From positions 10,764,651-10,828,650 of the forward strand of contig CM120647.1 of NCBI GenBank assembly GCA_051362555.1: a DNA stretch of 64,000 nt, read 5' to 3'. The translations under genes were made by a program, and so were the position numbers. Origin of the DNA: Lingula anatina (Eukaryota > Animalia > Brachiopoda). Numbering within the stretch: the first letter of the stretch is position 1; the number at the start of each line of letters is the position of its first letter. Positions 1 through 12,600 of the stretch are shown here, piece after piece. The notes beneath the pieces were generated by a model. It ran no database searches. It was given only the letters and a program-made list of their open reading frames with translations, and had not been told where the DNA came from.

Positions 1-368
1 AATCTGTCATCTATTAATATAAGTTAATTATATTAATTATATTTTATAATAGTATATACTAGTATACTTAGCTAGTATGTTAGAATTTGAATGTTAGTCT
101 GCCATGGCTGAATATTTTATCCAGTTGTTTGAAATAGTAGTTATGATGGACATTTTTCTGCCACAGTTTTACTATTTGTTTATTTAAACACTTTTTTTTA
201 GTTTCTGATCATGTTACATGTAGCCTGTATCTTATAATCTGAAACAGCACAGTTATATAAGGAAGAACAAGTCCACAATTTTTTCTTTAAATAATTGAAA
301 TGTTAAAAAAGAAAAGTATATTGTGTTACAGATAGATTTGTGGTGTGCAACTTTCACATTGAAAGATA

Positions 369-630
369 ATGGGAATCTCAGTTGAGGCATGGAGGCTGAG
401 AATAGGTTGTTTTACACACTCTTCCTCGGCCAGCAGTGAAGATGACCCTCACAGAAACAGCCACCGGAAACGAAAGTGTAGAACCACAAATCATGATTGT
501 GTAGCCAAGGTCTTGCCTGTTGAACAAAATGAGGAGTTGCCCAGTGCCCTAGGGGCTAAAAGATTGAAAACAGCCTCTCCTAGAAAATCCTTTGCACAGC
601 AGTTATGCGCTTATATTCCAAATCTCAGAG
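369..630 (+). CDS. HELZ2: Coding exon 1: leader MGISVEAWRLRIGCF... with basic patches (HRKRKCR, AKRLK)
   Basis: ATG in strong context (ataATGg), in-frame TGA at 360-362, acceptor-like ttgtgttacag at 321-331, donor GAG|gtaatg at 630/631 (phase 1) matching exon 2. Confidence 0.72.
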
Positions 631-3600
631 GTAATGGAGGCAATTCATAGACTTGCTTTAAAAAAATCAGTTTTATTTATTTATCTATTTTAATTAATTG
701 ATTAATTTTTGTATTTATCTTATTTGTTTATTTATTTTTGAGGGATGGACAGGGATAAGAGTTCTGCTCCAGAGTTGTTTCAAACTCTTACCTTTAAACT
801 TTTTTTAAGGGACAACAACTGTTCATTTTGGCCAAAAAAATGAATGTTCTTGGGGTAAACAACAATTTCCCCATACTTACCAATGGTTAATGAATCCATT
901 TCTACATTCAAATTTAGTCCCTATTTTTTTTTTTTCAAGAAAGTTTTTTTTTTTGCAATAATCTCTTAAGAGATTATTATTGAGTACAGCCATCTGTGGA
1001 GGTCACATGGTTAGAATACAAGCACAGAGTTCAGAATAATTGTTTAAACTGCCATTTTTTTGTTGTGAAATTGAATATATTATATTTTTATGAGTTTTTT
1101 ACAATGTTTTTATTGTGAAGTATAGATCTCATACGAAGAGTTGTTATCCCTTTAACTTAGAGCTTACAATTTTTAGAGCCATGTCTCTCTTTCTCTCTCT
1201 CCCTCTCTCTCTCTTATGTGACTATATTAAATGATTAAGACTATTTTACTGCTAAAATGCGATCCAAAGATTTTACTTGTCCTTAGAAATTTAGGTTCAA
1301 CATAATAAGCAATTCATGTACTTAGAATGCTTTAAAAATCCTGTGCTTCATTCTTTTAATATCTCCCTCCCTCTCCTTTTTTTTTATGTACAGACACAGA
1401 TGTGTCTGTACATATAGCCATCATCTGCGTCTGTCGTCGCCGTCGTCGCCGTCGTGCACTTTTACCGATAACACGATAAGTGGAATTGGCTTTTGGCTTG
1501 AAACTTACAGAACTGATGAATATTCATAATACGCGGGTCAAGTTCGAAAATCAGCATGATCGGGCCATTTTTAGGGAAGTTATGCTGTTTTTTCACTTTT
1601 TTCAGCATATATGCAGCACCGATAACACGATAAGTAGAAAACCATTTTACTTTTTGGCTTGAAACTTACAAAACTGATGAATATTCATAATCCGCAGGTC
1701 AAGTTCGAAAATCAGCATGATCGGGTCATTTTTAGGGAAGTTACGCTGTTTTTTCACTTTTCTCAGCATATATGCAACACCGATAACACGATAAGTGAAA
1801 TAACATTTTACCTTTTGGCTTAAAACTAACAGAACTGATGGATATTCATAATACGCAGGTCAAGTTCGAAAATCAGCATGATCTGGCCTTTATTTTAGAA
1901 GTTATGCTGTTTTTTCACATTTCCTCACATTCAATTCTTAGGCATGTTAACAGTCTCATTATTGAACTAATAAGATATGTAAAAGTGTTTGTTTGACATT
2001 TCCTGCATCTTTACAACATTGTTAGTTGATTTTTTAAAAATGATGGTAAACTTGTTATCATGTATTGTGTAATAAAGTGTCAAAAATGGAAATAAACTCA
2101 TATCATTGCAGTTTGTCAGATGCATTCATGAATCCACTATGTTCAGAATCTCAGAATGGAGGAAGTTGGACATTTAACACGGTTCTATTGATATTTTTCC
2201 CATCTCATCAATTTTCTTAGTTGGTCATATAAAAATGGCAACAAACTGTTTATTTTGTTTTATGTTAAAAAAATGTTAAAAATGGAAATAAACCCATTTC
2301 AGAACAGTGCTGTCTTGTTTACATTTTGGCATTTTCAAGGTGTGACTTTGAAGTTCCATGAGCCTGCAGACCTTTGCTAGTCACGTTTTCTGAATGTTCA
2401 TGTTACTAATATTCTATTATTAAAAATTGATGGTCATTATGCTGTTAAACATTATGTAATATTGCATCAAAATGTGAAGAAACCCCTATTTTGGGCACTG
2501 CTCCCATGATGACCATTTAAGAAAAACCATGTCACTTACTGTTTTCAAACTTACAGGAATGAAACATGGGGCTAAAATACAGCAGTAGGCAATGCAGTCT
2601 GTTTGGTAATTTTTTCTGGCAGTTAAACAGTTTTTGTGAAAATTTAATTTTTCACATATTGGCATTTTCAAGGTGTGACTTTTAAGTTCCATGAGCCTGC
2701 AGACCTTTGCTAGTCATGTTTTCTGAATGTTCATGTGACTAATATTCCATTATTAAAAATTGATGGTCATTATGCTGTTAAACATTATGTAATATTGCAT
2801 CAAAATTTGAAGAAACCCCTATTTTGGGCACTGCTCTCATAATGACCATTTAACAAAAATCATGTCAATTACCGTTCTCAAACATACAGGAAAGAAACAT
2901 GGGTCTAAAATACAGCTTCAGTTGGCAATGCAGTCTGTTTGGTAATTTTTTCTGGCAGTTAAACAGTTTTTTGTGAAAATTTAATTTTTCACTTATTGGT
3001 GTTTTCAAGGTGTGACTTTGAAGTTCCATGATCCTGAAGACCTTTGCTTGTCACGTTTTCTGAATGTCCATGTTACTAATATTCTATTATTAAAAATTGA
3101 TGGTCATTATGCTGTTAAGCATTATGTAATATTGCATCAAAATAGAAGAAAACACAATTTTTGGTGCGGCTGCTATGATGAGCATTATGGGAAAACCGTG
3201 TTATGACTGTAAAACCTTTAAAAAAGAAACACAGGACTAAAATGCAGAATGAGTTGGAAAAGCAGTCTAATTGGCTTCTTTTTCTGGAAGTTATACATTT
3301 GAGTGAAATATTCATTATCTTTTTGGCATAATTATTGTGGGACTCGGAGCTCCCATGGACATGAAGCCGAATGGTAATCAAATTTTCTACATGTCCATGC
3401 TATTTATTGTCAATAATCAAAGATTGGTGATAATTATTCTATAATTTATTATGTAATGTTACATCAAAATTGACAACAATATTTTTGCATTGCTACTGCA
3501 AACATTATGAAAAGAAAACTGTGCCACTTATTATAATTTTAAACTTACAAGTACGATTTTTAGGATTGGCCTTCAGCTCATGAGAAAACCAGCTCTATTG

Positions 3601-6600
3601 GATTATCATGTTTATTGTATTTATGCATTTTTTGTGAAATTTTCATTTTTCTCATTCTGGCACTTTCTAAGTATAAACTTGAACTCTGATGGGCCTGGAG
3701 CCTTATGCTTTTACTTTTGTCTGTGTTACCTGTTGTGCATAAGTTGATGTTGACTGTGCAGTTAAACATAATGTATTATTGCATCAGGATTGGTAGTCTC
3801 CTATTTTGGGCATTATGGTTTTGTGCTTTTCTTAAGGTGTGACTTATGGGCCTGAAGACCTTTGAGTGGGTCAGTCTGTAAATTACCCTTGGGTATCACT
3901 AGATTAATTTCAGAGTTATAAAGTCATTTGCTTTAATAGGTCATTAAATGAGATTACGTAAAGCACACTTGTTGATATTTCCCTGTAAACTCCCAAAGGT
4001 AAAGCTCTCTGCTAGATTAATAATAAGGAAGCAGTGATAATTATGCAGGTAAATTTTGTTTAATATTGCAAATAAGTTTTAAATATATATATATACCAAA
4101 CTGGAAGATTAAAAGTTTGAATAGCATCTTCATTGGAATTATATTTACCTCAAGCTCTGCCAAGGAGGTTATATTTTCACCCCTGTTTGTCTGTCATCCA
4201 CATAACACAAAAAAGTTATGGACCGATTTTGCAGAAATTTTCAGGAACTGTCGGAAGTGGGCCAAAGAGGACAATGATTAATTTTTGGTGGTGGTCCGGA
4301 TCAATAATCAATCAATTATCAATAATAATCAACAATTGCTGCCTTGGCAGAGGTCTGCACTCTCAAAGTGCTTTTCTAGTTTTGTTGTTTTCCTTTATAA
4401 TTTTTTCTCAAACACTTGCATTTGTGACTTTTAACTCTCATCTGCCTGGGGCTCTGCACATTTTCTGTATTTCTACATAAGCAGTTGTATTGTTTTTTAT
4501 GTCTTTAAACATTATGTAATATTATTTTATGCACTGTCATCATTTTTCAAATATTGAGACTTTCATAATGTGAATTTGAACTCTCATGGTCCTGAAACTG
4601 TAATCTTATTGAAGGGGTGGATTGAGACCATCTTCTGGGTCTTCCGGAAGACAGTCAGGTTATTAAGTTTATATTGACTGGTATCTATTTTTTTCTGTTG
4701 GAAGACCATCAAAATGGAGGATGGATCAACATAGATACTTTGTAATACTGTCAGAAAATATCTCTGGGTCTGCTCCTGTTATTGACCATGTTACCTGTTG
4801 TGCAAGATTAAAATTCAGTGTTGACTGACAGTGCTATTATAAGCATTATTTATTATTGCATCAAAATTGACAAAATGACCTTTTTTGCATCTTTATTTTC
4901 TGTTTTTTGTCTGTACATTTGACAGCTTTGCTGCCTTGTACTACATTTTTTTCACTCTTGTGCACATGTTTCAGGGTCTCCAGAGAATGTCATCCATAAA
5001 ATTAAATAAGTGCAACCTTAAATAGACATGAATGTACCCACATGGACTTTTTTGTTCTGTTTTTCACATTATTAAAAAAAATTTGATGTTAAAGGGTACC
5101 TGTCAGCCGGCCTGAGACTGCTGTTGTTAATAGGACTACTGTTGCTGGTGGCAGGAGATGTGGAGGCTAACCCAGGACCCAGTACAACACCTGGTTCTGA
5201 ACAGGTTTGTGGGAATGTAAATTACTAATTAAGCTGCATTCACAGTGGCTGACTAACTAGTCCGAAGATCAAGTATGGTGACCCACTTTAAAGTTTGCCA
5301 TCTAGTGATCTCCTTAACCGAATAGAATCCCATAGGGATTACGCAACAAGTATTTAAGTGAGGCGGCCATATTTATTCCACCGACTACATAGTCCACTGT
5401 TGTGAATGAGGCCTTAGAGCACATTCAGAACAGTGAACTAACAGCTAGGTCCACAGATCAGATATGGTGACCCACTAAAAAGCTTGCCACTTACTTCTCA
5501 ATTAGACATTGAAAAGGTTCCTTACTGGGATAATGCAACAAGCATTCAAGTGGGTCGGCCATATTTGATCCATGGATCTGTTAGGGCATTCAGAAGTATG
5601 ATGGATGATTCAAGTACAAACTGACTAAATACGGCTGACCCCACTACAAAAGCGATGCCACTGATTCCTGATGATAAAACAAATTAAATCTCGGCGTCAA
5701 GGTTTAATTGCTAGGCCCCTGCAGCAACGGACCAACATGGAATTAGTGGCATTGCTTTACAAGTGGGGTTGGCCATATTTAGTTGGCGAATCAGTTAGTA
5801 CTCTGATCATCTTTTCTGAATTGCCCTTCAGTCTGCTTTTTTGAATGTGTTCTTTGATATAACCATCTTATAATTACTTTTGGTTTATTGATTGATGATA
5901 TCAATTTTTTTATAAAATAATTTTATGTAAAAAAAAAATTTGTATTTTTATTTAATTTTTTTTACTTTGATTTAATGCTTTATATATCTAACATATTGTG
6001 GTAAACATTGCTATTTGCAAGATTGGTGCATTGATGTTCTTTTTTCTTATTTTTTGAGTGAACAATACGAATTTGTTAAAATGTGTTTTTAAAGATTTTT
6101 TGTTATTTAATTATTAAAGAACAATGGGGAAGATCCTGCCAAGGAAGAACTGTAAGTAAAAATGATTTTCACAAATTTCTAACACCTCTGTTATTGTACC
6201 ACCAGCGTTAGAGCTGGCGGTACACATGGTTTCGGTCCCGACCGGATCGTTCCGCCGGCTCCGCCAGCTCTGCCGGCTCCGCCGGATGGCTACCGTTACC
6301 GCTTCTCCTCCTAGACGGTAAGGGCCCCCGTACCCATCTCATGGATTTAGGTCACCTATAATCTCAACTCGTTCCACGTAAAATTTGGGCTTTGTCGGTA
6401 TTGGGGTCTGGGTGTGGCACTCATTGCAATGCACCCTTGTCTAAAAATGGCAAAATTAAATGCTAATTATCTACCCTACGGAAGGGGTTATGGGAAAAAT
6501 TTCTATAGACGGCTTTCCAAAAGTCATATGTGTAGATTTCAAATATACCCTTGGATTTGACCTTTGACCTTTATTTCAAGGTCAAATGGGCAAAAATTTT

Positions 6601-9600
6601 CAAAAAAATGAAATTTTTTACAAAAAAAAATTTTTTTGCCCTGTTATTCAGACACCACACAGACTTAACCAATAATATTATTGGAAAGTGTTACCCTTCA
6701 GGTCATCTTTCATCTCCATGAATTTGGGGTCAATGGGTGCATTTTCACGGGAGTAGCGGCCATAAGATACCGAAACTGAAAACTGTCTCTAATTCGGGAA
6801 CCGTTAATGCTAGAGACCCATTCTTTTTTGCATTTTGTAGAGCATGTAAAGCCCAACACTGGAGGTGGTCTCAGTTTTTTTTGTATTCCATACGGTTTTC
6901 GAGTTACGCTGTATCAAAAAGTACATATTGGTGGTAAAAGCAAAATGTGCAGTACGGTAATGGATAATAAATTTTGAACTCTGGAAAAATAAAACATAAG
7001 GCTTGGCAAAGCAGACAACTTGTGTTCAAAAATGACATTATTTCATCAAATTTGAACTTCTGAAACTTCAGAGCACCTCCTATTTCAAGAATTTTGACCA
7101 AAATGACATTTTCTTTATTTTAATTAATTTTTTTCTGTAGGAAATTTAAGGCACATTATGGTAACTCCAAAATTATAACATTTAGTCCCTTATATCTCCA
7201 AAACTGGCAGAGATAGGTCCATAGTTACTATTGAAGTTAAATAGGAAGTCATATACTGGCAATCTTACTATGACCTTGAAATTGACCTTTGACCTACTTT
7301 TCACCATGAACTGAACTTTGCAAATTTTTCTTCCCTTTTATCTCCAAAACTGGCAGAGATAGGTCCATAGTTACTATTGAAGTTGAATAGGAAGTCATAT
7401 ACTGGCAATCTAAATGTGACCTTAAAATTGACCTTTGACCTACTTTACACCATGAACTGAACTTTGCAAATTTTGCTTCCCTTTTATCTCCAAAACTGGC
7501 AGAGATAGGTCCATAGTTACTATTGAACTTGAATAGGAAGTCATAAACTGGCAATCTAAATGTGACCTTAAAATTGACCTTTGACCTACTTTTCACCATA
7601 AACTGAACTTTGCAAATTTTGCTTCCCTTTTATCTCCAAAACTGGCAGAGATAGGTCCATAGTTACTATTGAACTTGAATAGGAAATCATATACTGGCAA
7701 TCTAAATGTGACCTTGAAATTGACCTTTGACCTACTTTTCACCATGAACTGAACTTTGCAAACTTTTCTTCCCTTTTATCTCCAAAACTGGCAGAGATAG
7801 GTCCATAGTTACTATTGAAGTTGAATAGGAAGTCATATACTGGCAATCTAAATGTGACCTTAAAATTGACCTTTGACCTACTTTACACCATGAACTGAAT
7901 TTTGCAAATTTTGCTTTCCTTTTATCTCCAAAACTGGCTGAGATAGGTCCGTAGTTACTATTGAACTTGAATAGGAAGTCATATACTGGCAATCTAAATG
8001 TGACCTCAAAATTGACCTTTGACCTACTTTTCACCATAAACTGAACTTTGCAAATTTTGCTTCCCTTTTATCTCTAAAACTGGCAGAGATAGGTCCATAG
8101 TTACTATTGAACTTGAATAGGAAGTCATATACTGGCAATCTAAATGTGACCTTGAAATTGACCTTTGACCTACTTTTCACCATGAACTGAATTTTGCAAA
8201 TTTTGCTTCTCTTTTATCTCCAAAACTGGCTGAGATAGGTCCATAGTTACTATTGAACTTGAATAGGAAGTCATATACTGGCAATCTAAATGTGACCTTA
8301 AAATTGACCTTTGACCTACTTTTCACCATGAACTGAACTTTGCAAATTTTGCTTTCCTTTTATCTCCAAAACTGGCAGAGATAGGTCCATAGTATTGAAC
8401 TTGAAAAGGGAGTCATATACTGGCAATCTAAATGTGACCTCAAAATTGACCTTTGTCCTACTTTTCACCATAAACTGAACTTTGCAAATTTTGCTTCCCT
8501 TTTATCTCCAAAACTGGCTGAGATAGGTCCATAGTTACTTTTAAAGTTGAATAGGAAGTCCTATACTGGCAATCTAAGTGTGACCTTGAAATTGACCTTT
8601 GACCTACTTTTTATCATGAACTGAACTCTGTTAATTTCTTTCTCTTTTAACTTCAAACTTGACAGAGATAGGTCCATAGTTACTCTTGAACTTGAATAGG
8701 AAGTCATATACTGGCAATTTACTGTGACTTTGAAATTGACCCTTGACCTACCTTACGAAGAACTTAAATTTGATTGTACCATATATATTTTTTGCAATAG
8801 TTTAAAAATTCTTGTTGATTGCATTTTTACAGCTTGTCAAGCACAAAACTGGTGGCTATGTCCCTTATTTTGTGTATGTGGGGGTCTATACGAATGCGCT
8901 TGCTCCAGCTGGTGGTACAATATTTGGAGGCAGTATCGCCTCTCTGATCCTCTAGTTTCAATATCATTTATACAAAAATTTTTGTCTAAAAGTGTACGTA
9001 AGGATAAGAATCCAGCTTGCTTTTTAAACTGTCAGAGTTTCTTAGAAGTGCCTTGCAGAGATTCTAGGTTTCATATTTTGTAAAACTCATTTTAAAATTA
9101 ACATCTTCAGGCAAGCTCAGCCCATATCCCCAGAACAGCCACAAGCTCATGACGAAGAAGTAAGTAGAGAATATCAGAAAAGACATGGAAATAGGTATTT
9201 ACTACTTTACCTTAAATCACATTTAGAACAGAAGACTAACAGATCTGTGGATCAAATATGGCCGACCCACTTGAATGCTTGTTGTGTTATCCCTGCAGGA
9301 AATCTGTTCAGTGTCTAATTGGGAATTAAGCAGTGAGCTTTGAATTGGGTCGCCATATTTGATCCATGGATCTGTTAGTCAGCTGTTCTGAATAGGCTTC
9401 TATAGTCTTGGTATGTTCGTAAAAACAGACAGTCAACCAGCTCTTTGGGCTACTAGTGTCTTTCCAACCACTGTCCCACAGAACAAATGGTGGACATTAA
9501 AGAACACATTTTTAAGAAAAATGACCCCCCTCCCTTTAATTTTACTTGAGCCCATTTGTAGTCTGAGGTCTGAGGTCTTGGGTATTTTGTTCTTATAGAT

Positions 9601-12600
9601 TTGATTTTTTTTCTTTGCAGATTGCCAAATATGAGGAGGAGGTTATGGTGTATTTGGAGCGTGGCAAAGAACCATTTAAAAGAGGGGAATTTGATGTTGC
9701 TGCAGAGCATCTAAGCAGAGCACTGGAGTATGTGGAGAAATTCCACCTGCAGAAAGGCATTTGTATCACCCCCCTGCTGGCAAATGTTTATTTTAATCGC
9801 TGTCTTTGTTATCAGATGATGGTATGTTCCTGAGAGATTTTTATATTCATATATGTTTTTGGCCATCTTTGGAATTGTCTGTAGTGTGTAATTGTGTCTG
9901 TCTGTCTATATGTCTGTCTATCTGCCTGTCTGTAATTATGCAATTTACATGCTTAATGTATGTCTGCACTTGCATTTAAAGGTTTAATCAGTGATTTGAA
10001 AAGATTATTTAAAATATTCTTTTTCAAGTCTATTGAACCATCTGTTTTGTGACTATTGCAATAAAATGATTTTTATACCAATTGCATTATTTTTTATCTT
10101 CCAGGGTGAGGGCCATTATCTAATGGCATTGAAAGATCTTCACAAAGGTAAATTTGTTAATTTTTTCAAAATTTCTCTCTCCATTGGTTGCACATGGGGG
10201 AATTGATATAAATTTGGAATAGTCAAAAATTTGTTGTCAACTTTCAAATAAATAGAATTGATAGGTATAATTGTACCACCAGCGTTAGCGCTGGCGGTAC
10301 ACATGGTTTTAGTCCCATCCGGATCGTTATTTCAAGGTCAAACGGGCCAAAATTTTCAAAAAAATTAATTTTTTTACGAAAAAAAAAATTATTTGCCCTG
10401 TTATTCAGACACCACACAGACTTAACCAATAATATTATTGGAAGTTGTTACCCTTCAGGTCATCTTTCATCTCCGTGAATTTGGGGTCAATCGGTGCATT
10501 TTCACAGGAGTAGCGGCCATAAGATACCGAAACTGAAAACTGTCTCTAATTCGGGAACCGTTAACACTAGAGACCCATTCTTTTTTGCATTTTGTAGAGC
10601 ATGTAAAGCCCAACACTGGAGGTGGTCTCCGTTTTTTTGTATTCCATACGGTTTTCGAGTTACGCTGTATCAAAAAGTACATATTGGTGGTGAAAGCAAA
10701 ATGTGCAGTACGGTAATGGATAATAAATTTTGAACTCCAGAAAAAAAAAATATATAAGGCTTGGCAAAGCAGACAACTTGTGGTCAAAAATGACATTATT
10801 TCATCAAATTTGAACTTCTGGAACTTCAGAGCACCTCCCATTTCAAGAATTTTGACCAAAATGACCTTTTCTTTATTTTAATTAATTTTTTTCTGTAGGA
10901 AATTTATGGCACATTATGGTAACTCCAAAATTATAACATTTAGTCCCTTATATCTCCAAAACTGGCAGAGATAGGTCCATAGTTACTATTGAAGTTGAAT
11001 AGGAAGTCATATACTGGCAATCTTACTGTGACCTTGAAATTGACCTTTGACCTACTTTTCACCATGAACTGAACTCTGCAAATTTTGTTTCCCTTTTATC
11101 TCCAAAACTGGCAGAGATAGGTCCATATTTTCTATTGAACTTGAATAGGAAGTCATATGCTGGCAATCTTAATGTGACCTTAAAATTGACCTTTGACCTA
11201 CTTTTCACCATGAATTGAACTTTGCAAATTTTGGTTCCCTTTTATCTCCAAAACTGGCAGAGATAGGTCCATAGTTTCTATTGAACTTGAATAGGAAGTC
11301 ATATACTGGCAATCTAAATGTGACCTTAAAATTGACTTTTGACCTACTTTTCACCATGAACTGAACTTTGCAAATTTTGCTTCCCTTTTATCTCCAAAAC
11401 TGGCAGAGATAGGTCCATAGTTACTATTGAACTTGAATAGGAAGTCATATACTGGCAATCTAAATGTGACCTTAAAATTGACCTTTGACCTACTTTTCAC
11501 CATGAACTGAACTCTGCTAATTTCTTTCTCTTTTAACTCCAAACCCGGCAGAGATAGGTCCATAGTTACTATTGAAGTTGAATAGGAAGTCATATACTGG
11601 CAATCTATATGTGACCTTGAAATTGACCTTTGACCTACTTTTCACCATGAACTGAACTCTGCTAATTTCTTTCTCTTTTAACTCCAAACCTAGCAGAGAT
11701 AGGTCCATAGTTACTATTGAAGTTAAATATGAAGTCATATTCTGGCAATTTACTGTGACCTTGAAATTGACCTTTGACCTTCTATTCACCATGAACTGAA
11801 CTTTGCATATTTTGCTTCCCTTTTATCTTCAAAACTGGCAGAGATATGTCCATGGTTACTATTGAACTTGAATAGGAAGTCATATACTGGCAATCTTACT
11901 GTGACCTTGAAATTGACCTTTGACCTACTTTTCACCAAGAACTGAACTTTGCAAATTTTGCTTCCCTTTTTTTCTCCAAAACTGGCTGAGATAGGTCCAT
12001 AATTACTATAGAACTTGAATAGGAAGTCATATACTGGCAATCTAAATGTGACCTTAAAATTGACCTTTGACCTACTTTTCACCATGAACTGAACTTTGCA
12101 TATTTTGCTTCCCTTTTATCTCCAAAGTTACGCTGTATCAAAAAGTACATTGGTGGTGAAAGCAAAATGTGCAGTACAGTTATGGATAATAAATTTTGAA
12201 CTCCAGAAAAATAAAACATAAGGCTTGGCAAAGCAGACAACTTGTGGTCAAAAATGACATTATATCATCAAATTTGAACATCTCGAACTTCAGAACACCT
12301 CCCATTTCAAGAATTTTGACCAAAATGACCTTTTCTTTATTTTAATTAATTTTTTCTGTAGGAAATTTATGGCACATTATGGTAACTCCAAAATTATAAC
12401 ATTTAGTCCCTTATATCTCCAAAACTGGCAGAGATAGGTCCATAGTTACTATTGAAGTTGAATAGGAAGTCATATACTGGCAATCTATATGTGACCTTGA
12501 AATTGACCTTTGAACTACTTTTCACCATGAATTGAACTTTGCAAATTTTGCTTCCCTTTTATCTCCAAAACTGGCAGAGATAGGTCCATAGTTGCTATTG

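Larger units (their letters stand above)
1383..4940 (+). mobile_element. Non-autonomous Helentron/HINE-like element, family 1, with internal tandem arrays
   Basis: 5' palindrome atgtacagacaca-ga-tgtgtctgtacat (1386-1413) then a (gtcgcc)n microsatellite; inverted subterminal tgtctgtacat (4908-4918) followed by hairpin cagc-ttt-gctg; T-rich insertion site. Confidence 0.65.

Noticed and set aside
1513-1552. Hammerhead ribozyme (CTGATGA...GAAA) in the 161-bp repeat
   Set aside because: No convincing stem II, or stems I/III with a cleavage triplet, could be built; the third copy has CTGATGG
7294-12085. Repeated minus-strand ORFs MVKSRSKVNFKVTFRLPVYDF...
   Set aside because: Translations of the 146-bp satellite; the unit is not a multiple of 3 and there is no domain
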